Shown here: positions 28,534-37,291 of the stretch, piece after piece | Layout: every line of letters starts with the position of its first letter | Position numbering within the stretch: the first letter of the stretch is position 1 | NCBI GenBank assembly: GCA_029942185.1 | Contig: JAOZTK010000002.1 | Span: 1-51,173 of the forward strand | Length of the DNA stretch: 51,173 bases | Reading direction: 5' to 3' | DNA from: Flavobacteriaceae bacterium | GTDB lineage: Bacteria; Bacteroidota; Bacteroidia; Flavobacteriales; Flavobacteriaceae | Made by a program: the position numbers and the translations under genes | Notes under the pieces: model-generated | The model's input: only the letters and a program-made list of their open reading frames with translations | Databases searched by the model: none | What the model was told of the DNA's origin: nothing

Positions 28534-29394
28534 TTACCCATTCAGTGCATTTGAACCACCTACAATTTCTAAAATTTCAGCGGTAATTGCGGCTTGACGT
28601 GCTTTGTTGTATGTGAGTGTGAGTTCTTCCTTGAGTTCTTCTGCATTGTCTGTTGCCTTGTGCATTGCGGTCATACGAGCTCCGTGTTCAGAGGCATACG
28701 AATCTCTGATTGCTTTAAACAATTGCATTTTTAGAGATTTTGGAATCAGTTCTTCTATAATTTCCTTTTTTGAGGGCTCAAAGATATAATCGATATTGGT
28801 TGTTTTTTCAGAGTTGGTAGATTCTATCGGTAAAAATTGTTCGAATGTAGGAATTTGGGTTGCGGCATTTTTAAAACGATTGTACACTAAGATGATTTGA
28901 TCAAATTTTTGATCAGCATAAGCATCCATCATCAATTGAGCAATAATGGCTGTCTTCGTAAAACTAAGATTATCAAAAATATCGTTATTATTGGAGTAGA
29001 TATTTTCTTTTTTTCCTAGGGAATCATTTCCTTTTTTTCCTATCGTAAAGATACTTACTTCCTTATCAGGATAATTCTCTTTGATAAGCGCTTGTGATTT
29101 TTTGATAATGTTTGAATTAAAAGCACCACACAAACCACGGTTAGAGGTAATGGCAACTAATAATACTTTTTCTACTTTTCTTTTTGTGGCGTAGACACTA
29201 CCGTCTTCCCCGTTTAAAGTCGTGCTGAGAATTTGTAATAATTCAGTTAATTTATTAGCATAAGGACGTAAATTCGTAATAGCATTTTGTGCTTTCTTAA
29301 GCTTAGCTGCAGATACCATTTTCATGGCACTAGTTATCTTCATCGTAGATCCGATGGAGGCTATTCTGTTACGTATTTCCTTTAAATTGGCCAT
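28534..29394 (-). CDS. atpG: F0F1 ATP synthase subunit gamma
   Basis: 286 aa. MANLKEIRNRIASIGSTMKITSAMKMVSAAKL N-terminus and ITAEILEIVGG C-terminus. Confidence 0.95.
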   Translation of the reverse strand: MANLKEIRNRIASIGSTMKITSAMKMVSAAKLKKAQNAITNLRPYANKLTELLQILSTTLNGEDGSVYATKRKVEKVLLVAITSNRGLCGAFNSNIIKKSQALIKENYPDKEVSIFTIGKKGNDSLGKKENIYSNNNDIFDNLSFTKTAIIAQLMMDAYADQKFDQIILVYNRFKNAATQIPTFEQFLPIESTNSEKTTNIDYIFEPSKKEIIEELIPKSLKMQLFKAIRDSYASEHGARMTAMHKATDNAEELKEELTLTYNKARQAAITAEILEIVGGSNALNG

Positions 29395-29431
29395 AAAAAC
29401 TTCAAATTTACGATTCTATATTCTCTAACTT

Positions 29432-31006
29432 CTAAAAAGTATCTGCTATTTCTCCTGCTACTTTTGTTAACACATCAATGGCTTTATCGGTTAATTTACC
29501 GGTTTTTAAACTATTTAAAATGTCCGTATGTTTTGCATTCAGCATTTCTAAAAAGTTACTTTCAAATTCTTTAACTTTATTTACAGGAACTTTTTTTAAT
29601 AGATTTTTACTACCTGCAAAAATAATTGCAATTTGATCTTCAACTTTAAAAGGGGTACTTAAATTTTGTTTTAAAATTTCAACATTACGTTTCCCCTTTT
29701 CAATAACATTCAGTGTTGCTGCATCTAAGTCAGAACCAAATTTGGCAAAAGCCTCTAACTCACGATATTGCGCTTGATCTAGCTTTAAAGTCCCTGCTAC
29801 CTTTTTCATCGCTTTCACTTGTGCTGCACCTCCTACACGTGATACAGAAATCCCTACATTAATCGCAGGTCGAACCCCCGAGTTAAACAAATCACCATCC
29901 AAGAAAATTTGACCATCCGTAATGGATATAACGTTTGTAGGAATATAAGCAGAAACATCACCTGCTTGGGTTTCAATGATGGGTAAGGCTGTTAAAGAAC
30001 CGCCTCCTTTTACTTTAGCTTTTAAAGAAACCGGGACATCGTTCATCTGTGATGCAACGACATCATCGTTGATTACCTTAGCGGCGCGTTCCAACAAACG
30101 AGAGTGCAAATAAAATACATCACCCGGGTAGGCTTCACGACCCGGTGGTCGTCTAAGTAGTAATGAAACTTCACGATAAGCGACTGCTTGTTTTGATAAA
30201 TCATCATATACAATTAAAGCCGGACGTCCTGTATCTCTAAAAAATTCTCCGATAGAGGCTCCCGCCATAGGTGCATATACCTGCATAGCTGCAGGGTCAG
30301 AAGCGTTGGCAGCGACGATGACTGTATAGGCTAATGCGCCCCTTTCTTCAAATAATTTCACTAAAGTTGCAACAGTTGAAGCTTTTTGTCCGATGGCGAC
30401 ATAAATACAATAAACAGGGTTTCCTGCATCGTAAAATTCTTTTTGATTTAGAATGGTATCAATCGCTACGGTAGATTTCCCTGTTTGACGGTCACCAATA
30501 ATTAATTCCCGTTGTCCACGACCAATTGGAATCATTGAATCAACCGCTTTAATACCCGTTTGCAAAGGTTCACTTACAGGTTCTCTAAAAATAACACTAG
30601 GCGCTTTGCGTTCAATCGGCATTTCATATAAATCTCCTTGAATAGGGCCTTTCCCGTCAATGGGATCTCCTAAGGTATTTATGACACGACCAATCAGGCC
30701 TTCTCCTACTTGAATGGAAGAAATTCGATTGGTTCGTTTCACCACAGAGCCTTCTTTAATGTTCCCTGTAGGACCTAAAAGGACCACGCCCACATTATCT
30801 TCTTCTAAGTTTAAAACAATGGCTTCAACTCCATTTTCAAATTGAACTAACTCACCGTATTGTACGTTTGCTAAACCGTAAATACGGGCAATACCGTCAC
30901 CGATTTCTAAGACCGTTCCTACTTCATCTAGGGATTCTTTTCCTTCAAATCCTTTTAATTGCTGTTTTAAAATTGCTGATATTTCAGCGGGTTTAATTGT
31001 TGCCAT
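29432..31006 (-). CDS. atpA: F0F1 ATP synthase subunit alpha
   Basis: 524 aa. Walker A GDRQTGKS and highly conserved alpha-subunit sequence throughout. Confidence 0.95.
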   Translation of the reverse strand: MATIKPAEISAILKQQLKGFEGKESLDEVGTVLEIGDGIARIYGLANVQYGELVQFENGVEAIVLNLEEDNVGVVLLGPTGNIKEGSVVKRTNRISSIQVGEGLIGRVINTLGDPIDGKGPIQGDLYEMPIERKAPSVIFREPVSEPLQTGIKAVDSMIPIGRGQRELIIGDRQTGKSTVAIDTILNQKEFYDAGNPVYCIYVAIGQKASTVATLVKLFEERGALAYTVIVAANASDPAAMQVYAPMAGASIGEFFRDTGRPALIVYDDLSKQAVAYREVSLLLRRPPGREAYPGDVFYLHSRLLERAAKVINDDVVASQMNDVPVSLKAKVKGGGSLTALPIIETQAGDVSAYIPTNVISITDGQIFLDGDLFNSGVRPAINVGISVSRVGGAAQVKAMKKVAGTLKLDQAQYRELEAFAKFGSDLDAATLNVIEKGKRNVEILKQNLSTPFKVEDQIAIIFAGSKNLLKKVPVNKVKEFESNFLEMLNAKHTDILNSLKTGKLTDKAIDVLTKVAGEIADTF

Positions 31007-31057
31007 TCTATTATTTGTTTTTTATTGTTGCACGTTGAGACGTTGCATGCAACGTCT

Positions 31058-31597
31058 TTACGCTTTTAATTCTCTTTTTATTTTTCCTAGTTTGTTGAGT
31101 ACACTAGCATCAATCTGCACATCGCCTACGCGAAGTATAAAACCTCCAATAATGCTTTTATCAATACTACTTTCTAAGTTGATTTCTTTGTTTTTAGCTA
31201 ATTCTTGTGCTTTCGTTAAAAGATGTTTCCGCAGTTCATCATTTAAAGGAATTGCTGTGATCACACTCGCTTTAACTACATTTTTTATTTTGTGATAAAG
31301 AATCCCATACTGATTGGCAATAGTATAAAAGAGAGGCATTCTCTTATTGGTTGCCAATAAATCGATAAGATTGTTAGATAATGTGCTTATCTTTTTATCA
31401 AAAATAGTGAAGAGCGTAGTTTTCTTGTCAGATATTTTATAAATCGGACTGTTTAAAAGCATCTCTAGTTTACTGTTTTCAGCGATTGTTTCCGCGACGA
31501 ATTGCATGTCTTTATAGACGAGCTCTTCTTGATTTTTTTCAAGGGCTAAATCTAACAATGCTTTTGCATATCTGTTTGCTGCTCTGGTATTCATCAA
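31058..31597 (-). CDS. atpH: F0F1 ATP synthase subunit delta
   Basis: 179 aa. NRYAKALLDLA start typical of OSCP/delta. Lies between atpF and atpA. Confidence 0.85.
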   Translation of the reverse strand: MMNTRAANRYAKALLDLALEKNQEELVYKDMQFVAETIAENSKLEMLLNSPIYKISDKKTTLFTIFDKKISTLSNNLIDLLATNKRMPLFYTIANQYGILYHKIKNVVKASVITAIPLNDELRKHLLTKAQELAKNKEINLESSIDKSIIGGFILRVGDVQIDASVLNKLGKIKRELKA

Positions 31598-32094
31598 TTA
31601 AGTTTTACGTCTTTCAACATTTTTTCAATTAGTGCAACTTGCTTGCCTTTGGAGTCTAATTGATCTTTGACTAATTTTTCTGCAATACCTATAGACAAAT
31701 CTGCTACTTGATTTTTTAAATCTGTAATAGCAGTTTGTTTTTCATTTTCGATTTCCTCTTTGGCTTTTGCTATGAGTTTGTCAGCTTCTAATTGTGCATG
31801 TCCTTTAGCTTCTTCAATCATTTCAGTACGCATTGTACGTGCTTCTTTTAAAAGCTCTTCGCGATTATTACGTGCTTCCTTTAGGATACGCTCGTTGTCT
31901 GCCGTTAAGTTTTGCATTTCTTTACGGGCATTTTCAGCTGATTTTAATGCGTTTTGGATTCCTTCTTCACGATCTTTTACCGCGTTAAGAATAGGCTTCC
32001 ATGCATACTTTTTCAATAAGAATAGCAATAATAAAAACAGAAATATCTGCCAAAAAAATAATCCGAAAGAAAAATCATTTAATAACTTATCCAT
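31594..32094 (-). CDS. atpF: F0F1 ATP synthase subunit b
   Basis: 166 aa. One N-terminal TM helix followed by a long charged helix. 4-nt overlap with atpH. Confidence 0.85.
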   Translation of the reverse strand: MDKLLNDFSFGLFFWQIFLFLLLLFLLKKYAWKPILNAVKDREEGIQNALKSAENARKEMQNLTADNERILKEARNNREELLKEARTMRTEMIEEAKGHAQLEADKLIAKAKEEIENEKQTAITDLKNQVADLSIGIAEKLVKDQLDSKGKQVALIEKMLKDVKLN

Positions 32095-32171
32095 ATCTTT
32101 TTATTTAAAAATTATATTTAAAAAGAATCAATAGTTGCAACCAACCGTTGCAACTATTGATTTACAAATTG

Positions 32172-32363
32172 CTATACTGCGAATAAAGCAGCAAAACCAA
32201 TACCTTCAATAAGCGCTGCTGCAATAAGCATTGCTGTTTGAATTTTTCCGTAAGCTTCCGGTTGACGTGCAATAGCATCCATGGCAGAACCACCGATACG
32301 ACCGATACCAATACCGGCGCCAATTACTACTAAACCTGCTCCTACAATTGCGGGAATTTCCAT
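32172..32363 (-). CDS. atpE: F0F1 ATP synthase subunit c
   Basis: 63-aa hairpin proteolipid with the loop ARQPE and the carboxylate in AALIEGIGF. Confidence 0.9.
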   Translation of the reverse strand: MEIPAIVGAGLVVIGAGIGIGRIGGSAMDAIARQPEAYGKIQTAMLIAAALIEGIGFAALFAV

Positions 32364-32394
32364 AATTAAATATAATTAAAATTAAACATTCAAA

Positions 32395-33486
32395 TTAGTG
32401 TGAGTCATCGTGCTCTTCGACGGCAAAGCCGAAATAAAGCGCGGATAACATGGTAAAAATATACGCCTGTAATAAGGCAACTAATAATTCAATTAACGAG
32501 ATAGCAAATGCTAAGAAAAAAGTTAGGCTACTTCCTATCCAGTTTTGAAAAACAAACATTAAACCGATTAGACTCATTAAAACAATATGTCCTGCCGAAA
32601 TATTGGCATACAAACGTATCATCAGCGCAAAGGGTTTAATAAATACACCTAGTAATTCAATAGGTGCTAATATTATTTTCATGAGCCAAGGCACACCCGG
32701 CATCCAAAATATGTGTTTCCAATAGGTTTTTTTAGCGGTAAATTGTGTTATCAAAAATGTAATTAACGCCAAAGCAAATGTAATCGCAATGTTTCCGGTT
32801 ACATTAATGCCTAAAGGTGTGAGTCCTATTAAATTGAAAAACCAAACAAAAAAGAATACAGTAAGCAAATAATTCATGTATTTTGCATAGTGTTTTTCTC
32901 CGATATTTGGAATGGCAATATCATCTCGAATATATAAGATTATCGGTTCTAAGAATCCGGCAATACCTTTTGGAACTCCATTGTTTTTTTTATAAGATCT
33001 AGCGATACTGATAAATAACCACAGCATAAGTACAGACATAATAATAAGGCTTAAAACTCCTTTAGTGATTGAAAAATCCAAGGGTTTTACATTGGCGGGG
33101 TGATGGTGTTCGTCATAATTAATCGTTCCTTGAGCATCCACCTTGTATATTTTACCGTGATACAATTTATAATGGTTTCCATCTACTTCTGCAAGCGTTT
33201 CACCGTGATGGAATTTGGAAGAGGAGAAAATTTTTAATCCGTCGTCCCATAAAATTATAGGGAGTGAAAATCCGTAGTGTTTCCCTTTTTTTGTGTCTGA
33301 AAAAAACACAAAATCATGTGAATCTTTAAGGTGATGTTGGATGTTTTCTTTAATCCTTTCTCTTAGATTTTTTTCCTCGTGTTGTACAAGCTCATGCTGT
33401 TCTTTAGAGTGCTCTGTAGCATGCTGGGAATAAGCACTAAAACTAATGGTAAGGAAAGCTAGGATGTAAACTATTTTCTTTTGCAT
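32395..33486 (-). CDS. atpB: F0F1 ATP synthase subunit a with a long His-rich N-terminal extension
   Basis: 363 aa. The C-terminal ~220 aa are a typical a-subunit (LMIRLYANISAGH). The N-terminal ~140 aa carry a signal-like helix and many His residues. Confidence 0.9.
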   Translation of the reverse strand: MQKKIVYILAFLTISFSAYSQHATEHSKEQHELVQHEEKNLRERIKENIQHHLKDSHDFVFFSDTKKGKHYGFSLPIILWDDGLKIFSSSKFHHGETLAEVDGNHYKLYHGKIYKVDAQGTINYDEHHHPANVKPLDFSITKGVLSLIIMSVLMLWLFISIARSYKKNNGVPKGIAGFLEPIILYIRDDIAIPNIGEKHYAKYMNYLLTVFFFVWFFNLIGLTPLGINVTGNIAITFALALITFLITQFTAKKTYWKHIFWMPGVPWLMKIILAPIELLGVFIKPFALMIRLYANISAGHIVLMSLIGLMFVFQNWIGSSLTFFLAFAISLIELLVALLQAYIFTMLSALYFGFAVEEHDDSH

Positions 33487-33518
33487 TCTATTATTGTAAA
33501 AACTCGATAAAAACGATG

Positions 33519-33526
33519 CAAATGTA
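33519..33526 (-). promoter_or_regulatory. -7 box TAcaTTTG upstream of atpB (possible internal operon promoter)
   Basis: Exact TAnnTTTG on the minus strand, 32 nt before the atpB ATG, within a 145-bp gap. Confidence 0.35.
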
Positions 33527-33631
33527 AGATTTATAATTTACAAGTGAAAATTATCATTAAGATATTTTAACAATATGTGTATAACGGATTTAAAACAATA
33601 ATTTTGATTAAAAAAAGCTGTTTTTAGACTG

Positions 33632-34015
33632 TTATCCTTTATTTAAGACGTTGCTTAATTTTTTTGTTTCAAAGAGTAGGCAAAATATATAAGGGACAAA
33701 AAAGCAGGCAAACTCGATACGATCAATAGTAGCATCTGCTTTAAAAATAGGGTAGAACCAAATAAAGAAAACGGCAAATTTTAAAAAACTACCTGCCATA
33801 AATAAAAACCCGATGTAGTTTTTAAGTTTATCAATATAATGAATAATAAAGATAACAATGGCTAATGCTAAAAAAAAATTAACAAGATAAGATGCGGTCA
33901 ACAGTGAATAATTAGCGGGTATATCAGCAAGATGCAGAATAAATAGGTGCAGCCCGTAGAGTATAAGAATGCTTATTGTAAACTTTGCGACAAATGGCAG
34001 GAGTTGCTTTTTCAC
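33632..34015 (-). CDS. small polytopic membrane protein (DUF6168-like, tentative)
   Basis: 127 aa with about four hydrophobic helices. 4-nt overlap with the upstream AtpZ-like ORF. The family name is from memory only. Confidence 0.55.
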   Translation of the reverse strand: MKKQLLPFVAKFTISILILYGLHLFILHLADIPANYSLLTASYLVNFFLALAIVIFIIHYIDKLKNYIGFLFMAGSFLKFAVFFIWFYPIFKADATIDRIEFACFFVPYIFCLLFETKKLSNVLNKG

Positions 34016-34242
34016 TCTTGGTTTATTCTTTTGAGTTGTTTGATAATGATATATACAGCGATAAACACGGCAAAAAGAGTTAAGAAAATAGTAAAATAGT
34101 TTTTTTCGTTTGGATATTTTTCATCCAATTTTTTTCCAAAAAAAGCGCCTAGATAAATTGTTATACCCATTTGGGCTGCAACACCCATTAAAGAGAGGTA
34201 TTTAGGAAACTGATTTTTCTGATATTTCTTCGGTTGTATCAC
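34012..34242 (-). CDS. AtpZ/AtpI family small membrane protein
   Basis: 76 aa with two TM helices. ...LSLMGVAAQMGITIYLGAFFGKKLDEKY resembles the AtpZ/AtpI pattern. Lies in the atp leader region. Confidence 0.6.
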   Translation of the reverse strand: MIQPKKYQKNQFPKYLSLMGVAAQMGITIYLGAFFGKKLDEKYPNEKNYFTIFLTLFAVFIAVYIIIKQLKRINQE

Positions 34243-34606
34243 TGGATAATGCTTTAATGCTTTTCATATTACAAGTAGCGTTGAGTGTTGCACCCGGTTC
34301 CACAGCTAATTTTTCAAGAAAGACTTCTCCTTCTACAACAGAGGATGCCATTAAACTAAGGGTATTTGTACACGTGAGTTTCCCTGACATCTTTCCTTCA
34401 ATATCCGCATTAGAACAGTCTACGTTCCCTTTTACATAGCCTTCTTGACCGATAATTAATCTGCCAGAGGTTTTGATATTTCCTTCAACTTTCCCATCGA
34501 TTCTAAAGTCACCATCAGATGAAATATTCCCAATAATGATTGTAGTGGAAGCAATAGTATTTCGTTGGGTACGAGTGGTTTTATTTAATTTTTTTTCTGA
34601 GAACAT
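34202..34606 (-). CDS. bactofilin family (polymer-forming cytoskeletal) protein
   Basis: 134 aa. Repetitive beta-helix pattern ...IGNISSDGDFRIDGKVEGNIKTSGRLIIGQEGYVKGNVDCSNADIEGKMSGKL... Confidence 0.8.
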   Translation of the reverse strand: MFSEKKLNKTTRTQRNTIASTTIIIGNISSDGDFRIDGKVEGNIKTSGRLIIGQEGYVKGNVDCSNADIEGKMSGKLTCTNTLSLMASSVVEGEVFLEKLAVEPGATLNATCNMKSIKALSSDTTEEISEKSVS

Positions 34607-34678
34607 AATAAGAGGGGGTTAAGGTTTGTCAATTTATTAAACGAGGTTTTTATGAATTCTGTTTAAAGAGAAATTGTT

Positions 34679-37129
34679 TTATCCACCAATATGACTATCT
34701 GAATTTTGATTATTATTTTGGTTGTTACTACCACCATTTGAGTTGTTATTACCACCTCTTGGAGGTCTGTTAATGGGATTATTCTTTCTGCTTTTTGATT
34801 TATTTTGAGAACTTCTTCGTTTTGTTTTATTGTTTGGGGCACGTGATTTTGGACTTCTGTTTACCCCTTTTAGTTTCTTTTTGGAGCGTATTAAGTCTTT
34901 ATTACTTTTTGATTTATCAGGTTTTTTAACGCCATTTAAGAAATCTAAAACATCTTGAGCATGATCGGCTTCGATTGTTTTCGGATAATTGACTGTTACG
35001 TATTCAAGTTCCGTTTTAAATGCTTCCTTTCCTTCCAATTGATAGATTGCATAGGATTTTAATAATTCAAATTTAGCTTGAATAGGATCATCTACATATT
35101 GTTTGATGGCAAGATTACATTGATCGAGAGTACTTGCATACCTTTCTAATTCATATTCACAATAGACAATTTCGTAATGTGCCTCCGGTGCGTTTTTTTT
35201 GTCAGATTTAATAGCTTCTTCCGGGTTTTCTATGATATGCGTAAACCTAGAGTTGGGATATTCAGTTAGAATTTCATTTTTAATAAGTAAGAGTTTAGGA
35301 TTTCCGGTTTTTTCATAGATTCTATACAAATGATATTTTGCGGGTAATACAAATTTTTCTATGTGTTTTTCGTTTAAAAATCTTTCTAAACGAAGTCTTG
35401 CCAATTCATATTCTTTAAATCTTTCCTTATATAGTAAGCCCAATTGATAAAGTGCATTGCTACTCTCATCGTACAATTTTTGAATTTTATTTTCATCCGA
35501 GGGAACCTTGCTGAGATAATAATCAAGATCATATTTTTTCGATTGACTTATTTCTTGATCTGATATCAGACTTGCTCCTGTATTCGTGAGAGCTGATGGA
35601 TTGGAATTACGAGATAATCGCCAATTGTCTTTCAATTGTCGGTTTCCCCAAATTCTTTGGAAACCTGATTTTCCAAATCCAACGGCCTGTGCATTGTAAA
35701 AATACCACTTACCGTTACTCGTTGCTCCTTTTCCAGAAGGATTTCCCGAATTAGACATATTTCCAGATCCACCGTTTTGAGCTCTTTCTTCATTTTCTTT
35801 TTGGATAGCGATAATTTCATCCGCTTTTTGAATCTTGGCAATATGCTTTTTAAAGAAAGCGATTCGCTCTGACTCACTCATCGTTACAAGGCTTAAAATA
35901 CTGTCATTGTGTTTTAATAGATTTTCGTAAACAATGATTTCTTCCAGACTTATACGTTTGCGTTTGAGTTTTCTTATACGTTTTGTGTTGCTATTTTTTA
36001 CGGAGGCAAGCACACTATCGTAAAAAGCCCCAGCTTTTACAAATCTTGCTTTATCAAAATAATAATTACCTGCTTTTTCATAGGAAAGACCCACTTGAAA
36101 ATTATTTGCTGAAGGAGCATGCGTAGAATTTGTCAGATTAGCCAGTGCCAATGAGTCATTGCCATCACGAAAATCCATCAGAGCGGCCTGGTAATACAGT
36201 TCACTTAAATAGGCTTTGTTTTCATAGGTCTTAATAAGATCGGCATATTCTTTTTGTAAACCCGAATAATCAGTACTGTCCGTGATGTTTTTTGCTTGTT
36301 CAAGATAGGAGTGCATCTTGTACTTGTAGGGGGATTTTTTGAAAACTAATATTTTTTTAAAGGCAATTTGAGAAGAATCAATGTTTCCTTCTTGTCTGTG
36401 TAATTGACCTAGAACAATTAGATTTCGTGCGTATTGATCTTTGTTGTATTGGGTTTCCGTAGCTTTATTTAGTTGCTTAATTACCAAAGAAGTGCTGTCT
36501 ATTTCTAAATAAGCCATCGCCAATGCAGTGTGTGCATCTTCTCTTGTTGCTTTTTCAATATGGCTATAAGTAAGTAGATTTTTTAAGGTTTTTATAGCTC
36601 TTTCTTCATTTTGTAATCTTATACGAGCTTTTGCTTTCCAAACACGAAGGTCATCTGATAAATCATCGTTGTGAAAATTCTTTAAAAGATAATCAAAAGC
36701 TTCGAGAGCCGGAACAAAACGTTGTGAATAATAACGAGATTTTCCTAATAAAAGGTAGGCAGCGTCTGTTTGTTTGTTGTATTCTTCATCATCGATAAAC
36801 ATACTGTGTTTTTGAATCGCTTTCACCGCTTTTTCTTCCGCTATTTCAAAAGGAGTTTTCGACTTTTCAGTATCATCTTCACCCAGCATTTTTAGGGGCG
36901 TTTCTTCGTCAATATGTAGGGGCTCAATGGGTAGTAATTCCCAATAGCTATCTTCATATTGACTTGCCAAGTTTGCAATCCCTTCTTCAAGAGCAATGTT
37001 ACCATTGTACAAAATATTATATCGGGCAGTTGTACTGTGATATTTTCGATTTAAATATGAATTTTTCTTTGTAGAGCAAGAAGTAATAAACAGAAAGCTC
37101 ACTACTAATATATAAACAGATTTTTTCAA
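34679..37129 (-). CDS. sprE: TPR-repeat lipoprotein, probable T9SS component PorW/SprE
   Basis: 816 aa. Lipobox FLFITSC/ST followed by NRKYHSTTARYNILYNGN, which I recall as the PorW/SprE N-terminal signature. TPR-like helical body and a basic, Asn-rich tail. The start codon is TTG. Confidence 0.65.
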   Translation of the reverse strand: MKKSVYILVVSFLFITSCSTKKNSYLNRKYHSTTARYNILYNGNIALEEGIANLASQYEDSYWELLPIEPLHIDEETPLKMLGEDDTEKSKTPFEIAEEKAVKAIQKHSMFIDDEEYNKQTDAAYLLLGKSRYYSQRFVPALEAFDYLLKNFHNDDLSDDLRVWKAKARIRLQNEERAIKTLKNLLTYSHIEKATREDAHTALAMAYLEIDSTSLVIKQLNKATETQYNKDQYARNLIVLGQLHRQEGNIDSSQIAFKKILVFKKSPYKYKMHSYLEQAKNITDSTDYSGLQKEYADLIKTYENKAYLSELYYQAALMDFRDGNDSLALANLTNSTHAPSANNFQVGLSYEKAGNYYFDKARFVKAGAFYDSVLASVKNSNTKRIRKLKRKRISLEEIIVYENLLKHNDSILSLVTMSESERIAFFKKHIAKIQKADEIIAIQKENEERAQNGGSGNMSNSGNPSGKGATSNGKWYFYNAQAVGFGKSGFQRIWGNRQLKDNWRLSRNSNPSALTNTGASLISDQEISQSKKYDLDYYLSKVPSDENKIQKLYDESSNALYQLGLLYKERFKEYELARLRLERFLNEKHIEKFVLPAKYHLYRIYEKTGNPKLLLIKNEILTEYPNSRFTHIIENPEEAIKSDKKNAPEAHYEIVYCEYELERYASTLDQCNLAIKQYVDDPIQAKFELLKSYAIYQLEGKEAFKTELEYVTVNYPKTIEADHAQDVLDFLNGVKKPDKSKSNKDLIRSKKKLKGVNRSPKSRAPNNKTKRRSSQNKSKSRKNNPINRPPRGGNNNSNGGSNNQNNNQNSDSHIGG

Positions 37130-37214
37130 GGATTTCTATTTTTGTATTCTAATTAATGAACCTTTTTTAAGCCAATATATTGTATGTTTTAATGACAAAA
37201 GGTTGGTAAAATTA

Positions 37215-37222
37215 CAAAATTA
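37215..37222 (-). promoter_or_regulatory. -7 box TAatTTTG upstream of sprE
   Basis: Exact TAnnTTTG on the minus strand, 85 nt upstream of the start codon. Confidence 0.25.
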
Positions 37223-37291
37223 TTACAATTTAACTTTCAGAATTATACATATTAATTATTGTAATCGTAAAAATGCGTAACAATTGTCTAT

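Noticed and set aside
31760-32134. 124-aa plus-strand ORF antisense to atpF
   Set aside because: It lies entirely inside a well-supported atpF gene. Its composition is low-complexity (Ser/Ala/Phe-rich), as expected from reading a Lys/Glu/Ala-rich gene backwards. There is no start context.
34202-34242. The 41-nt overlap between the bactofilin and AtpZ-like ORFs as a possible programmed frameshift or fusion
   Set aside because: There is no slippery heptamer or downstream structure. An internal Met (MGVAAQ..., start at about 34188) would remove the overlap, so start-site ambiguity is the simpler explanation.
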